This document shows positions 12,230 through 22,675 of a stretch of 64,000 nt of DNA, in pieces. Within the stretch, counting starts at the first letter, position 1; each line of letters begins with the position of its first letter. This DNA is from Minutocellus sp. GHC0000111 (Eukaryota). The position numbers and the translations under genes are program-made. The DNA lies in NCBI GenBank assembly GCA_977018835.1, contig OZ361256.1, positions 682,001-746,000 of the forward strand. The letters are read 5' to 3'. A model generated the notes under the pieces. That model was not told where the DNA came from. It did no database searches and saw only the letters and a list, made by a program, of their open reading frames with translations.

Positions 12230-13144
12230 TCAACTTCCAAAGACGACACATTTGTTGTCATAGACAATGATTCTATCCTCCAAATGAGCCTTTACAGCTC
12301 TCACCAATACCTCGCGCTCCAGTACTCGACCCTTGGCGAGAAGGTCATCAACCGTGTGCCTGTGGCTGATGCGATCGACATCTTGCTCGATAATCGGTCC
12401 CTCATCCAAGGTTTCTGTAGCGTAATGAGCAGTAGCTCCTACTAGCTTCACTCCCCGAGCATGGGCACGATGATATGGTTTGGCGCCTATAAAGGCCGGC
12501 AGAAAACTATGATGTATGTTGATGACGGCATGCTTAAAAGTGTTGCAGAAATCATCCGTAATGATTTGCATGTAGCGGGCCAAGACGACGAGGTCGATGC
12601 CGATGGACTTCATCAATTCAATCTCCTTGTCCTCTTGCTCGCGTTTCGTGTCCTTCGTGATTTTGAACACTTCGTAACGGATATTGAATTGCTCGGCGAC
12701 TGGTCGTAGATCTTCATGGTTGGAGATGATGAGAGCGATTTCACAAGGCAATTCACCGGCTTTGTGTCGAAGTAGAAGCTCCCAAATCACGTGATCGTAT
12801 TTCGACACCATTATGCAGATCTTCTTCTTGCTTTCTCCCCAATCGATGGCATGCGTCATGCCGAATCGCGTGCAGACTTCCTGTATGCCGTTGCTCAGAG
12901 ACGTCTTATCGGTGTGGAGGGTGGAGTAGTCAAAGACAATTCTCTGAAAGAAACGATTCGCCTCGACGTCCGTGTGCTGCTCGCTATCCAAAATATTCGA
13001 TCCATGGCCGTAGAGCAATTGTCCAAACGCAGCAACAATGCCCTTGCCGTCCGGGCCGACTATCCGCAGAGTTGCAACCTTGGGGTTGGGATTTATTGCC
13101 AGCGACGATGCGCCCTCGTCGTCAATACTCTTCCGTTTCGACAT
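12230..13144 (-). CDS. purU: Formyltetrahydrofolate deformylase
   Basis: ACT domain GPDGKGIVA, then VLARYMQI, INIHHSFLPAFIGAKPYHRAHARGVKLVGATAHY, LDEGPIIEQDV. Confidence 0.95.
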   Translation of the reverse strand: MSKRKSIDDEGASSLAINPNPKVATLRIVGPDGKGIVAAFGQLLYGHGSNILDSEQHTDVEANRFFQRIVFDYSTLHTDKTSLSNGIQEVCTRFGMTHAIDWGESKKKICIMVSKYDHVIWELLLRHKAGELPCEIALIISNHEDLRPVAEQFNIRYEVFKITKDTKREQEDKEIELMKSIGIDLVVLARYMQIITDDFCNTFKHAVINIHHSFLPAFIGAKPYHRAHARGVKLVGATAHYATETLDEGPIIEQDVDRISHRHTVDDLLAKGRVLEREVLVRAVKAHLEDRIIVYDNKCVVFGS

Positions 13145-13489
13145 GGCCGTTTGGTGATCGTGATCGTGAAGGAACTTGGTAATTAGCTAGGGTGTAAATA
13201 CACGTACCGATATCCACCCAGTTCTATGCATCTTGGTGCCTGGGGAATGTGATGTCACGGCAAAGATTATTGCTTGATTCGATGCGATGCGAAGATAGAT
13301 TGATTTCATTCTTCCATCCATGCGTATGTCGTCTGTCCGTCGTTTTGTTGCCCCCCCCCAGCCTCGCTCTCGGCAAGTGACGGTCGGTCCATCCCGTGCT
13401 GGTATAAAAGAAAAGGGTAAAAATTAATAATTGCGGCAGCCATGATGGTGATCGAGTATCAGGCTTCGTAGATAACGGTGGTTAGTGGC

Positions 13490-13583
13490 TCAGACATAAT
13501 TCTAAAAGAGCAAAAAAAGGTCCAATTTCGAGCGGTTCAGACATAATTCTAAAAGAGCAGAAAAAGGTCCAATTTCGAGCGGT
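13490..13583. repeat. 47-bp tandem duplication (2 copies) in the purU/VPS15 divergent intergenic region
   Basis: TCAGACATAATTCTAAAAGAGCA(A/G)AAAAAGGTCCAATTTCGAGCGGT x2 with one mismatch. Confidence 0.9.
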
Positions 13584-13785
13584 ACCCGATTGGAAACGCC
13601 GTACCGCTATTATGGGGGGGAGGACATTGATGGTTATCACAAGTCATAATGGCTACAGTTTATTTGTTGCGGAATCCGCCAAAATGCGTCCTCCTTCATT
13701 GATGGAGGGCAAGGCCGGTTGCGTGAGCAGCTATCTGCTCCACCTACAGCTATCTTGAGATAGACTGCATAAATACATCATCGAC

Positions 13786-16700
13786 ATGGGCGCCAGCGCT
13801 AGCTCGCCGGTGTCTTCTGCCTCGGCAACAGCACCAGCAAAGGCAGCAGCCGGAACCAGCACAAGCACAAGTGAAGCACGCCGTCGACCTCCTCCCGCCC
13901 ACGTTCCGGCCTCGGTCATCACGGCCGCTGCCCTCACGGCCAACGACGATGTGATATCGCCGCACCTGCAGACGGATCTGCCGCATCACATTGTCGAGTG
14001 CCCCCTAATTCCAGGCTCGGGCAGGACGATGCGCAGCTACAGAGTTCGGCACGTCGACACGGGTGCCGTCATCGTCGTGCGGGCCATGGTGATCAAGTAC
14101 GAGGCCGACGGCAGCGGCGGTGGTGCTGGGGCAGGCGCTTCGGGTGCAGGTGGCGGCGGCAGCGGGATATTGGCACAATCGGACAATTACCACGGCCATC
14201 AGCACGACGAGGAAGATACGGGAAGCGGCACGTCCAAGAGCGGCAGCAGCCGGCTGCCGACCGAATCGCAGATACGAGAAAATCTCCGCCGGCAGGAGGA
14301 GGAGTTGGCCAAGTTGCGCGACATCGCCTCGGACGTCGAGCGGCATCCCAACGTCCAGACGTTTCTGCACTGGTTCGCCCCGGACCCCATCAAGGTGGAG
14401 AGCTACCGGCAGGCCACCACCTTCACTCTGCCGGCGTATCTGCTCCGTCCGCACGTCCACTCCACGTTGCGGGATAGGTTGGAGTCCCGTCCGTTCCTGT
14501 CGACCATTGAGAAGAATTGGATCGCTCATCAGATACTCCGTGCCCTGGTCGGGCTGCACGGGGCTGGTATCCGACACGGACATTTGACATGTGAGAACGT
14601 GGGCGTGACGAGCTGGGGGTGGGTGCTGCTGACCGACGTTGCCAGCTACAAGCCCGTCAGTGTTCCGGATGACGATCCCAGTGACTTCATCGCTCACTAC
14701 CAGGAGCGGAGTGCCGGTTCTTCCGCGTCGGCAACTGCAGCTGCGACAGAGGGCGGGGCTGCCGGTGGAGGTGGTGCGCGTGGCGAGCGTCAGAGATGTT
14801 ATCTGGCCCCCGAGCGGTTCTTCGCCAGGAGAGAGGGTGAAAAGCCCGCGACGGAGGTGACCGATGCCATGGACATCTTCTCGGCGGGCTGCGTTCTGAT
14901 CGAGATGTACCTCAATGGGGAGAGGACGTTCGATCTCGGAGATTTGATGGAGTACCGCCGCGATCGGCGGATGTTGCCCGCGGTCCAGCAGAAGCTGAAC
15001 AAGATCGAATCGTCAAAGGTTCGAGCTGCATGCAAAAATATGCTCAGTCTTGATCCTCAGAGCAGACTCACGGCGGCGCAATATTTGGAGAGACTCACTG
15101 GAAGGGACGAAAGCCGTGGTACTGATGGCGATGGTGGTGATGAGGGCAGACCGGTATCCTCGGCGACGTCTGATGGACCGGCTGCGCCTATGCCCACTTG
15201 CTTTGATTCTGTTTTATTCCCTCTTCTGAAACGTTTGCGGTGTGAGGCACTATCGCCTGATGCCAGGATAGCCCTTGCAGCTGCTTATTATGGAAGGGTC
15301 GTTCGAGCTACGGTCGGTCTTGAAGATGCGTGGGGTGAGAAATATTTCGAGGCAATTCTTGGTCGAACTGCAGTCGCTCTGGAAGGAGGTACTGATGGAG
15401 ATCATCCAGATTGTGGCCAGCCTTCCTCCGCTGCTTGTGATGAGCAGCCTGCTGCATTCAACAACGACGAACTACTAAAGGAGACAGAAGAGTTGCTCAA
15501 ACGGCTTGAGGCGAGCGGAATATTATCAAAAAAAGTCACGAACGCATCTAATGAGAGTAATAAGAGCACTTCGGATGCAGTTTGTGATACAAGAGACAAT
15601 ACAGAGGAAGGAAAAAGTTCGATTATCAAAGACAATGTGGCAGAACAATTCAATAACATCACGGACAACGGCCACAATCTCTCCCCGTCTACTTCCGCCA
15701 TTGTGATATTTGTCGAATTGGTGCGCTCGTCAATCCGCCATGTACAACGCCCTTCTTCCAAGCTTGTATCGCTCCAGCTTCTCCAACGTCTTGGCAAGGT
15801 CACGAGCGACGAGGTTCGACTTCATCGAATTGTGCCGTCCATTGTGTTTTTGTTGCAGGATCCAGAATCAATGGTTCGGGCCGCGGCAATATCCACTTTA
15901 ACATCCATCGTTGTAACAATCAAGACCTTCCCGCCGAGTGATTCGCAACTGTTTCCGCAGTACATCTTTAAAAGAGTGGATCATCTGGCATCGGATTCGT
16001 CCTTGGTGGTGAGAGATGCATTCGCTCGATCCATATCAGTACTTGCTGGTACAGCTTTCAGATTTCTCGACATTTCCCATGCCATAAAAATGCACGAGAT
16101 GGTGGATGGCGGAAGTGGGGGTATAGAAGAGGAAGGTCCACTCTCTACCAATACGCCCAACGACGACAATGCTGTCCCAACATTCTCCGATGACATTACC
16201 AACGAGTTGCTCGGCAAGGAGAATGCAACGATAGAAGCACGCACCCAACATACCAATAAAACAGGAGAGAACGATAACGCTGCTGCGAAGAAGCATTCCA
16301 ACGTACTGATCCAAAGCACATATGATTCTGACCTTGCAGCTCTACGAAATACAGTATCCCGCTGGGTTGTCATTATTGCGACAGATGCCAGCGAAACATC
16401 TTCCGTGCCAAAGCGATCTCTCCTTGTCACTATTGCACAACTGTGCTCCTTTTTTGGTCTCGAAGGCACCCTAGCTTACGTCCTTCCGCAGGTCTTGGCT
16501 TTTCTCAACGATCGAAGAGATTGGCAACTCCGCGCCCTGCTTTGTCAACGGTTGCCATCGATATGTGCTGTTGTTGGGAGAGCTTCTACGGCCCACTTCG
16601 TCATCCCGTGTATTGAAACTGCCCTTGTCGACTCCAATGAGACGGTTGTCTGTTGCGCAATATCATGTTTGACCGATCTTATCAAGATGGGATTGATTAC

Positions 16701-19251
16701 CAGGTCGATGTTAATTGGCAGGTCAAAACATGGCGAGGGTAATCCAGGCATCATCGAGAAATTTTCGATTTTGCTTGTTCATCCAGCCAATAACATCCGC
16801 AATGAATACTTGGCTCTCTTCAGCGCATCCTTCTCCTCTCTCGGTTCCCCTGATGACGTTGTATTTTTGCTTCCTATGATTCGGCCCTTTCTGCGGTATG
16901 AACCCTCAACAAGCAATTTCACCGATCCACAGAACCTGGCTCTCTGCCTCCTACCACCAATGTCAAGGGAGAGATTCGAGATTGAGCTTGCCAATGTGGC
17001 TTTGACCATATCTGATGGTACAAGCGGCACTGCATCTAATTCTTCCAAGTCTACCAGTAAAATTGGAGCTAGCAGTAGAGATGGAGCTTATCAAGAGTCT
17101 GATCGAATGGCCAGCATATTAGCGATCGACAACACAAAGGACTACCTCGAGATGCTCTATCGAAAGAAAAGGGCTTCGGCGCAGACGGTTTTTCCTGCCG
17201 ATAGTGGTAACGCCACTGACGGAGCGTCCAGATATGCGTACAGCTGCTTCGTGCCAAATCAAAAACTTGCCGAGCTCATGAAAGGTCCACTGCCGGGGTG
17301 GTACGACAGCATAAGAGAATTGGAGCGATCATCTTCCTTTCGGTCGATTTCTGGGAAGGACACCAATAGATGCGTCGCCGATGTCTCCCTTCGAAGCTTG
17401 ACTACTCTTGGTAGTGTCTACGGCTGTTCCGTTACTCAACCGACGACTTCATCCTTCAAACCGAAGGCAAATTACGCTTTTTTGGACATCATGCATGGCG
17501 ATGATATCCCTCTTGATGCTGAGGGCCATCTCTCTCGTGAGAAAGCTGCGGCATTCCTGGAAAGCGATGAATCTAAATCTTTTGGGGCCGCTGTCCGCGG
17601 TGAGTGGGGATCGGTGCTTCATCTCGACGCCGTCCTCACTGACAATGCCCGCCACGCGACTAATTTGGATTCTATGCAATGTCCTCCACTGCCACCGTCG
17701 CTGGGTGTATTGAGGGAACAAGATGGCCGACCCTTTTCGTGTCATTTGTCGGGATCTAACGAATCATCATCGGCCTCCTCGAGCTCCGATTCGTCAGCGG
17801 GCAATAACCGCCAATCAGCTGAGTGGAAGCCAAAGGTCGATGCGCTCGTTGCCAGTAGCTCTCCGATAACGGAGCACAACGATGCCGTCGTCCGTCTAGC
17901 ATTGTCTCAGGACCAATCATTTTTTGTCAGTGCCAGTCATGATGGCACTTGTCGAGTATTCGAGCTCCGACAAGTCGAAGAATCGCCCGGCGACCTTCGC
18001 AGTAGCGTTGTTTACGCCGGTCATTCCAGCGCTCAAAGTCGCCAACAGGGATCACCGATCCGGATCAACGATGTTGCCATGATTGAAAAAAGTCACTCGG
18101 TCGCTTCGGCCGCAAGCGATGGTTCCGTCCACGTATGGCGTATCGACCAGGTATCCTCCAAGCGCGCATCCCTTCCGGGAGGTGACGACGGGACGGCGTC
18201 ATCAACGGCGCACTATCAAGACTATGCCAGAGTATCTGGAAGCAGCGTCGTTCGAACTTTGAATCCCCGAGAAGGAGAAGTTCTGGCAGTCAATCACTTC
18301 AACACAGATGATGCCTCTACATTGGTATTTGCCACACAGAAGGGCACCATCCATTCCTGGGACTTGCGTTGCGCAGCGGAACCCTTTTCAATCAACATGA
18401 GGCCGGAGCTGGGCTACCTCACAAGCATGACGGTTGGACATGATAGGAACTTTATGGTTGCCGGCACCAACAAAGGCTGTCTTGCTCTATTTGACGTTCG
18501 ATACCATCGGTGCGTACGTCTGTGGCAACACAGTAGTGCCGCGCCTATCGCTCGCTTGGCGGCGTCCTCCACAAATCTTCGGCATGACAAGTCTGCGACA
18601 TTTGAGCCCCGTCCGCATGTTTTCATGGGATGTGGTCAGAACGAAGCCTCGGTGTTCGATATCACCGACGGATCCTGCAAGCAATGCTTCCGAGTCCTTG
18701 ATTCTGACCTATGCTACGTCGATCGGTCAGCGTTGCCTCCACACTGCGTGTCTCTGCCACGACTTCATGAGATACGAATCCCTCTGCGATCACAGCGTCC
18801 TCTTCTGTCCGGCGGAAGTGCTTTCGACGCGATGGCCTTTAATGAACGATTGCCCCCACCCGAGCCTCGTATCCTATCGCTCATTGGTCGGGCCGGGTCC
18901 AGTGGGCAGCCCTTTTTGCTCACTGGTGGAAGTGACTGTTGCATACGGTATTGGAATTTATCCTCGGCGTCCAAATGTTACACCGTCAGTGGTCTATCCA
19001 ACTGCCAGCCGCGTCCCTCGTGCGAAAGCATCAACGTAGGACCATCATCGAAACTCTACCTTTGCAGGCAGATGCCAGTGGCAACTGCTGGAGAGATGGA
19101 GGGCAGTAAAGTGCCTCGAAAGCTTGAACGAGGACAAATTCGACCCGAAAATTGCCACTCCGATGCAATCCTTGACCTCAAACTTATTGATCATCCAATG
19201 AAGGCCGTTTTGAGCGCCTCCAGAGATGGCTGCGTGAAGGTCTGGCGGTAG
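13786..19251 (+). CDS. VPS15: VPS15/PIK3R4 PI3-kinase regulatory subunit (kinase-like, HEAT and WD40 domains)
   Basis: MG N-myristoylation start; LRDRLESRPFLSTIEKNWIAHQ, LTDVASYKP..PDDDPSDF, CYLAPERF; HEAT repeats (FLNDRRDWQLRA); C-terminal WD40 ending SASRDGCVKVWR. Confidence 0.93.
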   Translation: MGASASSPVSSASATAPAKAAAGTSTSTSEARRRPPPAHVPASVITAAALTANDDVISPHLQTDLPHHIVECPLIPGSGRTMRSYRVRHVDTGAVIVVRAMVIKYEADGSGGGAGAGASGAGGGGSGILAQSDNYHGHQHDEEDTGSGTSKSGSSRLPTESQIRENLRRQEEELAKLRDIASDVERHPNVQTFLHWFAPDPIKVESYRQATTFTLPAYLLRPHVHSTLRDRLESRPFLSTIEKNWIAHQILRALVGLHGAGIRHGHLTCENVGVTSWGWVLLTDVASYKPVSVPDDDPSDFIAHYQERSAGSSASATAAATEGGAAGGGGARGERQRCYLAPERFFARREGEKPATEVTDAMDIFSAGCVLIEMYLNGERTFDLGDLMEYRRDRRMLPAVQQKLNKIESSKVRAACKNMLSLDPQSRLTAAQYLERLTGRDESRGTDGDGGDEGRPVSSATSDGPAAPMPTCFDSVLFPLLKRLRCEALSPDARIALAAAYYGRVVRATVGLEDAWGEKYFEAILGRTAVALEGGTDGDHPDCGQPSSAACDEQPAAFNNDELLKETEELLKRLEASGILSKKVTNASNESNKSTSDAVCDTRDNTEEGKSSIIKDNVAEQFNNITDNGHNLSPSTSAIVIFVELVRSSIRHVQRPSSKLVSLQLLQRLGKVTSDEVRLHRIVPSIVFLLQDPESMVRAAAISTLTSIVVTIKTFPPSDSQLFPQYIFKRVDHLASDSSLVVRDAFARSISVLAGTAFRFLDISHAIKMHEMVDGGSGGIEEEGPLSTNTPNDDNAVPTFSDDITNELLGKENATIEARTQHTNKTGENDNAAAKKHSNVLIQSTYDSDLAALRNTVSRWVVIIATDASETSSVPKRSLLVTIAQLCSFFGLEGTLAYVLPQVLAFLNDRRDWQLRALLCQRLPSICAVVGRASTAHFVIPCIETALVDSNETVVCCAISCLTDLIKMGLITRSMLIGRSKHGEGNPGIIEKFSILLVHPANNIRNEYLALFSASFSSLGSPDDVVFLLPMIRPFLRYEPSTSNFTDPQNLALCLLPPMSRERFEIELANVALTISDGTSGTASNSSKSTSKIGASSRDGAYQESDRMASILAIDNTKDYLEMLYRKKRASAQTVFPADSGNATDGASRYAYSCFVPNQKLAELMKGPLPGWYDSIRELERSSSFRSISGKDTNRCVADVSLRSLTTLGSVYGCSVTQPTTSSFKPKANYAFLDIMHGDDIPLDAEGHLSREKAAAFLESDESKSFGAAVRGEWGSVLHLDAVLTDNARHATNLDSMQCPPLPPSLGVLREQDGRPFSCHLSGSNESSSASSSSDSSAGNNRQSAEWKPKVDALVASSSPITEHNDAVVRLALSQDQSFFVSASHDGTCRVFELRQVEESPGDLRSSVVYAGHSSAQSRQQGSPIRINDVAMIEKSHSVASAASDGSVHVWRIDQVSSKRASLPGGDDGTASSTAHYQDYARVSGSSVVRTLNPREGEVLAVNHFNTDDASTLVFATQKGTIHSWDLRCAAEPFSINMRPELGYLTSMTVGHDRNFMVAGTNKGCLALFDVRYHRCVRLWQHSSAAPIARLAASSTNLRHDKSATFEPRPHVFMGCGQNEASVFDITDGSCKQCFRVLDSDLCYVDRSALPPHCVSLPRLHEIRIPLRSQRPLLSGGSAFDAMAFNERLPPPEPRILSLIGRAGSSGQPFLLTGGSDCCIRYWNLSSASKCYTVSGLSNCQPRPSCESINVGPSSKLYLCRQMPVATAGEMEGSKVPRKLERGQIRPENCHSDAILDLKLIDHPMKAVLSASRDGCVKVWR

Positions 19252-19342
19252 ATATGGAAGTGTGACTTCCGCACGCAACGAAACGTATCTAGCTCTAGTG
19301 CCACTAGGGTAAATTCTCAACACAAATTAGATAAAAATAACA

Positions 19343-20623
19343 TCAACACCGATAGTTTACAAGAAGAGGTTGATGAGTTGGAAAGGCGCGTGCTAATTTA
19401 TTCCTACATCTAAAACGAAATTCCTTGTGTGCCGAGAAAGAGTGCAACGCAACATAAAATAAAATGATGACGACGGCAACTTTTCTTGCACTGAAGTTGG
19501 ATTCAGTAAGTGTCGTTGAAACACTCATCAGAAAAGGGGGCAGTAGAATGCCACAGATGGCCGGGAAGCCCGCAAACAGGTACCACAGATGGTGATGCGT
19601 CCCGTAGAGAGAACCGTTGCCTTGTATCACGTTGAAATGAATGCTTCCCAGAAACGGAACCGCCCAAAATCCATAAAATATTCTATCCAATAGAATTCCC
19701 AACAGAACACCCAAGAAACCAAAACACACACACAACCCAAAGAGAGTACCAAGGCGCTCGTTGGTTGTCTTCTTTCGAACAGAGCAGATTATTCCTATTG
19801 GTATCCACGCAGCAACGGCAGTAAATCGAACGCACACGCTCAATCCTCCAAGAAGAAAAGCGAGTGCAGAAGCAGGTCGTATGGAGTGTGTTCTGCCAGC
19901 GCCTTCCTTTTGATTCGTGCCAAATAGATCTGGACAGAGAAGTGCGATGCCAACAGATAGCAACATTGCTTCCATGGAGTTGCTGTACGTGCGGACTAGA
20001 CAAAATCCATTAAACCAGGATGTTAATGATGCCATGAGCGCCCACCACTCAATCTCAGTCATCTGCAGCGACAACAGCACTCGGTCAAAGACACGCATGC
20101 AATATTCATATACTGTTGCGTTTTTTGCTATCATCCATTGGGAAATGTAAATTGTGGCGATGTCAGTAGGAGCCGCAACCAGCACTGCATTCACCACCAA
20201 AGGCCCTCGTGCTATTACCCATGGAGTATCTAACCCAAACCACTTTGCCAAGACATAAAAGATATATGTGGGCATGACTGGTATGAATGACCGCACAGGT
20301 CCGTGGAATGCTCGGTCAAACCACGTGTGCAATGAGCTTATGTACTCGCTTCTTAGATGCATATCGTTTCCTGGGTCTTCAAATCGACGAGTCCATTCCC
20401 ATGTGTACGCGCAACCATATTCCGTCGAATCTGTATGGAATGCGAGACAATATGCAGGTTCTAAACACTGCCAGTACTCGTCGGCATCAAATTGAGTTTG
20501 TATGAAAAGTGCGTTCACAATGCGATAAATGCAGACGATGAGGTACAGTCTGACGAGGGACGTTCGGTCGTCAGCTTTTTGGGTTGCTGGCGGTGGCGGG
20601 TTTGATGGTAGTGGTCGCTTCAT
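19343..20623 (-). CDS. PIGB: GPI mannosyltransferase 3 (PIG-B/Gpi10), apparently 3'-truncated
   Basis: Motifs QTQFDADEYWQCLEPA, TWEW, RTYSNSME, FNV...YGTH..WY, HKEFRF. Similarity stops right after HKEFRF. Confidence 0.85.
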   Translation of the reverse strand: MKRPLPSNPPPPATQKADDRTSLVRLYLIVCIYRIVNALFIQTQFDADEYWQCLEPAYCLAFHTDSTEYGCAYTWEWTRRFEDPGNDMHLRSEYISSLHTWFDRAFHGPVRSFIPVMPTYIFYVLAKWFGLDTPWVIARGPLVVNAVLVAAPTDIATIYISQWMIAKNATVYEYCMRVFDRVLLSLQMTEIEWWALMASLTSWFNGFCLVRTYSNSMEAMLLSVGIALLCPDLFGTNQKEGAGRTHSIRPASALAFLLGGLSVCVRFTAVAAWIPIGIICSVRKKTTNERLGTLFGLCVCFGFLGVLLGILLDRIFYGFWAVPFLGSIHFNVIQGNGSLYGTHHHLWYLFAGFPAICGILLPPFLMSVSTTLTESNFSARKVAVVIILFYVALHSFSAHKEFRFRCRNKLARAFPTHQPLLVNYRC

Positions 20624-21016
20624 TTTTATTCGCAATCGTTTCCGAAATTAGCGTAGGTTGCTACAGCTGAACGATTGGCTACGTAGCTATGTTGTGCGGC
20701 AAATAGGGTGGCAACCTTGTGCAGTCTCAACGTCACGAGTCAGGCAACAATTCTGCCTCATCATTATCCATCTCCTCTCGGCCTCATCTCCCGCCTCCCG
20801 CTCTCCCTGCATCCGGGTGTCTCAGATGCCCCATCACATCGCATCTTCTTCAGGCCAGGTTGTCTTGATACACTCTTATTTGCCCGATACCCTCCTATTG
20901 CACCTGATACAGCCGAGGAAAAAGTAATGAACACATATGCGTGCGATAATAAGTCTTCTTCTTTTACAAAATTTGTGTTACTACATTTCTATTTTTTCTG
21001 TTCCTTCACGTTATCG

Positions 21017-22272
21017 TTATTGGAAGGAATCCTCTTCAAAGATGATGTTATCATACTTTTCGTCGTGTTGTTGGCTGTTGGAAGACTCAACTTCGAGGTC
21101 TTCTTCCAGCAATTCGGTCTCTTCAAGGCAGCGCATGGCATGTGCCCTCATTTCGGCAACGTCCTTCATCCCCTCAGTGGCCGATCCCAACTCGCGCATT
21201 CGGCTCTCCTTGAGCATCTTGAGAGTTAATTCAGCCGATGGACGGCCGAAGAAAATTTGATGCCCCATTGGCACCCATGCAAAGGAAAAGTATTCACCGA
21301 CGAGGATGAGCTGACCGTCAACAAATTGGTTGTTGACAAAGCCCTCGGCGGCAACCTGTCCCTCACCGGGAAAGCGAGGCAAATGCGAGGTTCCCCACTG
21401 CTTGGCGGCATCAGAGGTTAGTTCGATTGGCTCAAGTCCTGCCTTCTCAGTGGCTTCAGGAGAAAGGTCGGCCTTGAAGGTAACCTCGCCCTTGGGGACG
21501 TTCTGGTCGCCAGTCACCTTGTAGGCAACGAGCGTGTCACCGGTATAGGTCACATTGATCATTTCATATCCATGCGGGCCATACTTGCCAACCCAGAGAC
21601 CCTCGAGGTTGAACTGTGGGAGGACACTGCGCGCCGCCAGGGCCTCCTCACGGTACCGCTCGGCCTCATCAACAAGGCCCTCTCTCTCGGCAAGCTGCAT
21701 GCGCTGGGTGGCAAGCTCGTAGATGAACTCGGCATCCTTGGCACCGGCCTTGGTAATTTCAACTTTCAACGAATTCATTCTCACAACGTCTCCGTTGGAT
21801 CGATGCGCATGCTCTCGACATCCTTGCGAAGCTGGATCAGCTCGTCGCCGTGAGCGAAGCGAGACATGGCCTCCTCTTCGGCCTCGATGCGCCGTTGCCG
21901 TTCTTCGGAATGGGCGGGGATGGAATGAACGTCCTGAAAATCGTATTCAACTCCCTCGTAGGCGACGGGGGGAGGCGGTGGAGTGCCGGCAGCAGTTGTA
22001 GAAGTAGCACTTGGGGCAGCGCTGTGGAAGCTGGCGCGACCCTCTGCTCGTGTGCGGAGCATATCTTCCTCGAAGGATCCCCCCTTTCTTCCTCCCTCAA
22101 AATCTTCTGGCATATCTGATGTTGCGGAGGCAGACATGATGTGAAGAGGACCATTGTTCTTTGGACGAAAGGAGGTTGCCGGTTGAGATGGACCAGCAGG
22201 GACAGGAACAAAGGCCGTTGTCAGGCAGGTAGAGGCGGCGAGCGCCGTCGTAACGATGCGAAGACAAGACAT
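21017..22272 (-). CDS. Plastid-targeted DUF3506/Cyclin_D1_bind (EXECUTER C-terminus-like) protein; frame broken near 21785-21800
   Basis: Signal peptide followed by TAF|VP; domain LEGLWVGKYGPHGYEMINV...LVAYKVTGDQNVPKGEVTF. The two ORFs overlap with no room for an intron. Confidence 0.75.
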
Positions 22273-22429
22273 GGTATGGCGATGGGCCCGGACACTTGAT
22301 TCAGTTTGTGGTGACTTTCGCTCGACAAAGCCCGAGAAAGATGTCTGATGGAACAGAGTGAGTCAACGGCGAATGCTTTTGACCGTGCAAGTCAAGTCCA
22401 TGCGGCCATCGCCACCGCAGAAATCACTG

Positions 22430-22479
22430 GCTGGCGACGGAAAAAGACAGACGGGCTGGCGACGGAAAAAGACAGACGG
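22430..22479. repeat. 25-bp tandem duplication
   Basis: GCTGGCGACGGAAAAAGACAGACGG x2. Confidence 0.9.
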
Positions 22480-22675
22480 CGAAGAACATCGTGACGTCAC
22501 GAGCAGGCAGCCGTGGACTTTTGAGTAGCGACCTAAGTTACACGGACAATTTTACGTACGGCCGTACGGGAGACAAAGCAAAGTTGCAATCCCAATCTTC
22601 CTCCCAAAAAATAAAAGAAGCTTTTTTTATTCACATGGAGCATGCATCTAAGAATTCTGCCGCTAGACTAGCTAG

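Noticed and set aside
13490..13583. Repeats as a possible CRISPR array
   Set aside because: Only two adjacent copies, no spacers, no cas genes, eukaryotic context.
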